Positions 33,915 through 36,125 of a DNA stretch of 36,125 nucleotides are shown here, one piece after another (position 1 is the stretch's first letter; each line of letters starts with the position of its first letter). A program made the position numbers and the translations under genes. The notes beneath the pieces were generated by a model, which worked only from the letters and a program-made list of their open reading frames with translations, had not been told where the DNA came from and ran no database searches. The DNA comes from Candidatus Liptonbacteria bacterium (GTDB lineage: Bacteria > Patescibacteriota > Minisyncoccia > UBA6257 > 2-01-FULL-56-20): assembly GCA_016204385.1 (NCBI GenBank), contig JACQKW010000006.1, positions 1 to 36,125 of the forward strand, in the 5' to 3' direction.

Positions 33915-36125
33915 ATGAAATACAACCCCAAGAAGATTGAGCCGAGGTGGCAAAAAAAATGGCTTGAAGAGAAAATCTACGAGCCCGATTTAGAAAAGGC
34001 CGAGAGACCTTTTTACAACCTCATGATGTTCCCGTACCCCTCGGCCGAGGGGCTCCATGTCGGGAACATGTATGCGTTTACGGGCTCGGACATTTACGGA
34101 AGGTTTAAGCGGATGCAGGGGTATGACGTATTTGAGCCCATTGGCTTGGACGGCTTCGGCATTCACGCGGAAAATTATGCGCTTAAGATCAAAAAAAATC
34201 CGGCCGAGCAGGCGAAAATCTCGGAAAAAAATTTCTACCGCCAGCTTCGGGCGTTAGGGAATGGCTTTGCGTGGGACGAAAAGCTCGAGACCTACGACCC
34301 CGACTATTACAAATGGACGCAGTGGATTTTTACAGAAATGTTCAGGCGCGGGCTCGCGTACCGAAAAAAGCAGGCGGTCAATTGGTGCCCTTCATGCAAA
34401 ACCGTACTTGCAGATGAGCAAGTGGTACAGAAGCAAATAGCAAATAGCAAAGGGCAAATAGCAAAAACCGGAGTATGTGAACGATGCGAAACACCAGTTG
34501 TGAAAAGAGAACTCGAACAATGGTTTTTTAGGATTACCGACTACGCCGAGCGCCTCCTCAAAGATTTAGGCGGACTTGACTGGTCGGAAAAAGTGAAAGT
34601 TGCCCAGCGGAATTGGATAGGAAAATCGGAGGGGGCGTTGATTAAGTTTGAAGTTAGATGTCAGAAGTTGGACGTGAGAAGCGGCATGCATATCGAAGTG
34701 TTTACCACGCGGCCGGACACGTTGTTTGGCGCGGCGTACGTGGTGCTCGCTCCCGAGAATCCGCTGATTACCGCATTAGAACTTGAAATTAAAAACTTTC
34801 CGGAAGTCATCCGCTACATTAAAAAAGCGCGGGCAAAAAAGGGTGACGAACGACTCGCGCTTGGCAAAGTGAAAACCGGCGTTGAGCTGAAGGGTATAAA
34901 AGCGATAAATCCCGCGAGCAAAGAAGAAATTCCGATTTGGGTTGCGGATTATGTATTGGGTAACGTGGGTACGGGGGCGATTATGGCAGTCCCCGCGCAC
35001 GACGAGAGGGATTTTGAGTTTGCGAAAAGGCATGCATTGCCGATCCGCCAGGTTATTGCTCCAAAATTTTCCGAACCGGGTAATCCTCCTCGCCCGGGCA
35101 AACGAACAATTCGTCGCCGGACGGTTCACTCGATCGTGAGGAGGGTAAAAGACAATAAGATTCTTATGTTGCAGTGGAAGGGCAAAATGTGGGGGAAAAA
35201 TCCGCCTCGCACTTTTATCATTGGCGGCATTGAAGAGGGGGAAGACGTCGTGAAATCCGCCAGGAGAGAAATATACGAAGAAACCGGGTATAAAAACCTG
35301 CGATTCGTGAGACGATTAGATCTCGAAGTTCATACAGAATATTTTGCCGCGCACAAAGATGAAAATCGTTATGCAGAAATTAATGTCCTTTATTTTGAAT
35401 TAGGTTCTGATGAGCATGATAAGGTTTCGCCTGAAGAACTGCAGAAGCACGAACCGATTTGGATAGACGAGGGGAAAGTCGGTTCATTCGTGAATGTCGT
35501 TGACGGACCGTTCATTTGGAATTGGTTCAAATCCGGCGGCGGCGCGTATGCGGGAAACGGCGTATTGATAAACTCGGAAAAGTTCAGCGGACAGGACTCT
35601 GAAAACGCCACATTGGAAATCACGAAATTCGTGAAGGGCGAGCGGAAGGTGCAGTACCGTCTGCGGGATTGGCTGATTTCGCGGCAGAGATATTGGGGTC
35701 CTCCGATCCCGATGATTTTCTGCGAAGCGTGCTTCGCGGCGAAAAAAGGAGAACGAAAGGAAATGCCCGGCTGGTATGCGGTTCCGGAGAAGGGTCTGCC
35801 CGTCGCGCTCCCGAAAATAAAAGATTTCCGGCCGAAAGGAAAAGGGGTGTCGCCGCTTGCGACGGAGAAATCGTTCTACGAAGTGAAATGCCCTTCGTGC
35901 GGCGGGAAGGCGCGGCGTGAGACGGACGTCTCAGACACCTTTTTGGATTCGGCGTGGTACTACATCGCCTATCTGGCGCAAATCGCAAATCGCCCGCCCG
36001 CCTTGCTTCGCAACGCGAAGCGGGCAGGCAAATCGCAAATCGCAAATCCATTTTCTAATCCGCGGATTAGAAAATGGCTACCCATTGATATGTATATCGG
36101 CGGCGCGGAGCACTCCGTACTGCAC
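33915..36125 (+). CDS. leuS: Leucine--tRNA ligase with inserted Nudix domain, 3'-truncated by the window (absent from the ORF track)
   Basis: Hand translation: MFPYPS...GLHVGN, YKWTQW, WCPSC, FTTRPDT, GTGAIMAVPAHDERD, DWLISRQRYWG, DTFLDSAWY, YIGGAEH; Nudix box at 35223-35291. Confidence 0.96.
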   Translation, partial: MKYNPKKIEPRWQKKWLEEKIYEPDLEKAERPFYNLMMFPYPSAEGLHVGNMYAFTGSDIYGRFKRMQGYDVFEPIGLDGFGIHAENYALKIKKNPAEQAKISEKNFYRQLRALGNGFAWDEKLETYDPDYYKWTQWIFTEMFRRGLAYRKKQAVNWCPSCKTVLADEQVVQKQIANSKGQIAKTGVCERCETPVVKRELEQWFFRITDYAERLLKDLGGLDWSEKVKVAQRNWIGKSEGALIKFEVRCQKLDVRSGMHIEVFTTRPDTLFGAAYVVLAPENPLITALELEIKNFPEVIRYIKKARAKKGDERLALGKVKTGVELKGIKAINPASKEEIPIWVADYVLGNVGTGAIMAVPAHDERDFEFAKRHALPIRQVIAPKFSEPGNPPRPGKRTIRRRTVHSIVRRVKDNKILMLQWKGKMWGKNPPRTFIIGGIEEGEDVVKSARREIYEETGYKNLRFVRRLDLEVHTEYFAAHKDENRYAEINVLYFELGSDEHDKVSPEELQKHEPIWIDEGKVGSFVNVVDGPFIWNWFKSGGGAYAGNGVLINSEKFSGQDSENATLEITKFVKGERKVQYRLRDWLISRQRYWGPPIPMIFCEACFAAKKGERKEMPGWYAVPEKGLPVALPKIKDFRPKGKGVSPLATEKSFYEVKCPSCGGKARRETDVSDTFLDSAWYYIAYLAQIANRPPALLRNAKRAGKSQIANPFSNPRIRKWLPIDMYIGGAEHSVLH
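34432..34466. repeat. In-frame period-7 repeat inside the leuS Zn knuckle
   Basis: AGCAAAT AGCAAAT AGCAAAG GGCAAAT AGCAAAA. Confidence 0.85.
35978..36048. repeat. GCAAATC heptamer array interrupted by a 36-bp hairpin element, in frame in leuS
   Basis: (GCAAATC)x2, insert 35992-36027 with GCTTCGC/GCGAAGC stem, (GCAAATC)x3. Confidence 0.9.

Overview
Core-genome segment of a code-11 bacterium. The gene set and style (solo GGDEF, class II RNR, lamin-tail and PG-binding surface proteins, split transketolase, PaaX-like orphan, scarce Shine-Dalgarno motifs) suggest a CPR/Patescibacteria, Parcubacteria-like organism (inference). In order it carries: a two-tRNA operon (Ile-GAT, Arg-TCT); a diguanylate cyclase; B12-dependent nrdJ; a decayed sigma-70 gene missed by the ORF track; a glycogen block (glgA, GH57+UVR, glgA); gap; pentose-phosphate and glycolysis genes (rpiB, rpe, tkt N/C, PfkB kinase, fba); rplY; a lytic transglycosylase; an M16 peptidase; an AI-2E transporter; metG-tatD; a small accessory islet (LOG, wHTH+Cas2-like, nucleoside deoxyribosyltransferase); and leuS, which runs off the window end and carries an inserted Nudix domain. 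The most interesting unexplained structures are: (1) the wHTH+Cas2-like gene bracketed by two related 34-bp palindromes; (2) a possible ribosome-controlled attenuator before the tRNA pair, whose 9-codon leader ends in ATT-AGA, the codons read by those two tRNAs; (3) period-7 repeat tracts and ~36-bp GC hairpins that have invaded housekeeping genes in frame. All family calls are by-eye motif recognition; no searches were run.
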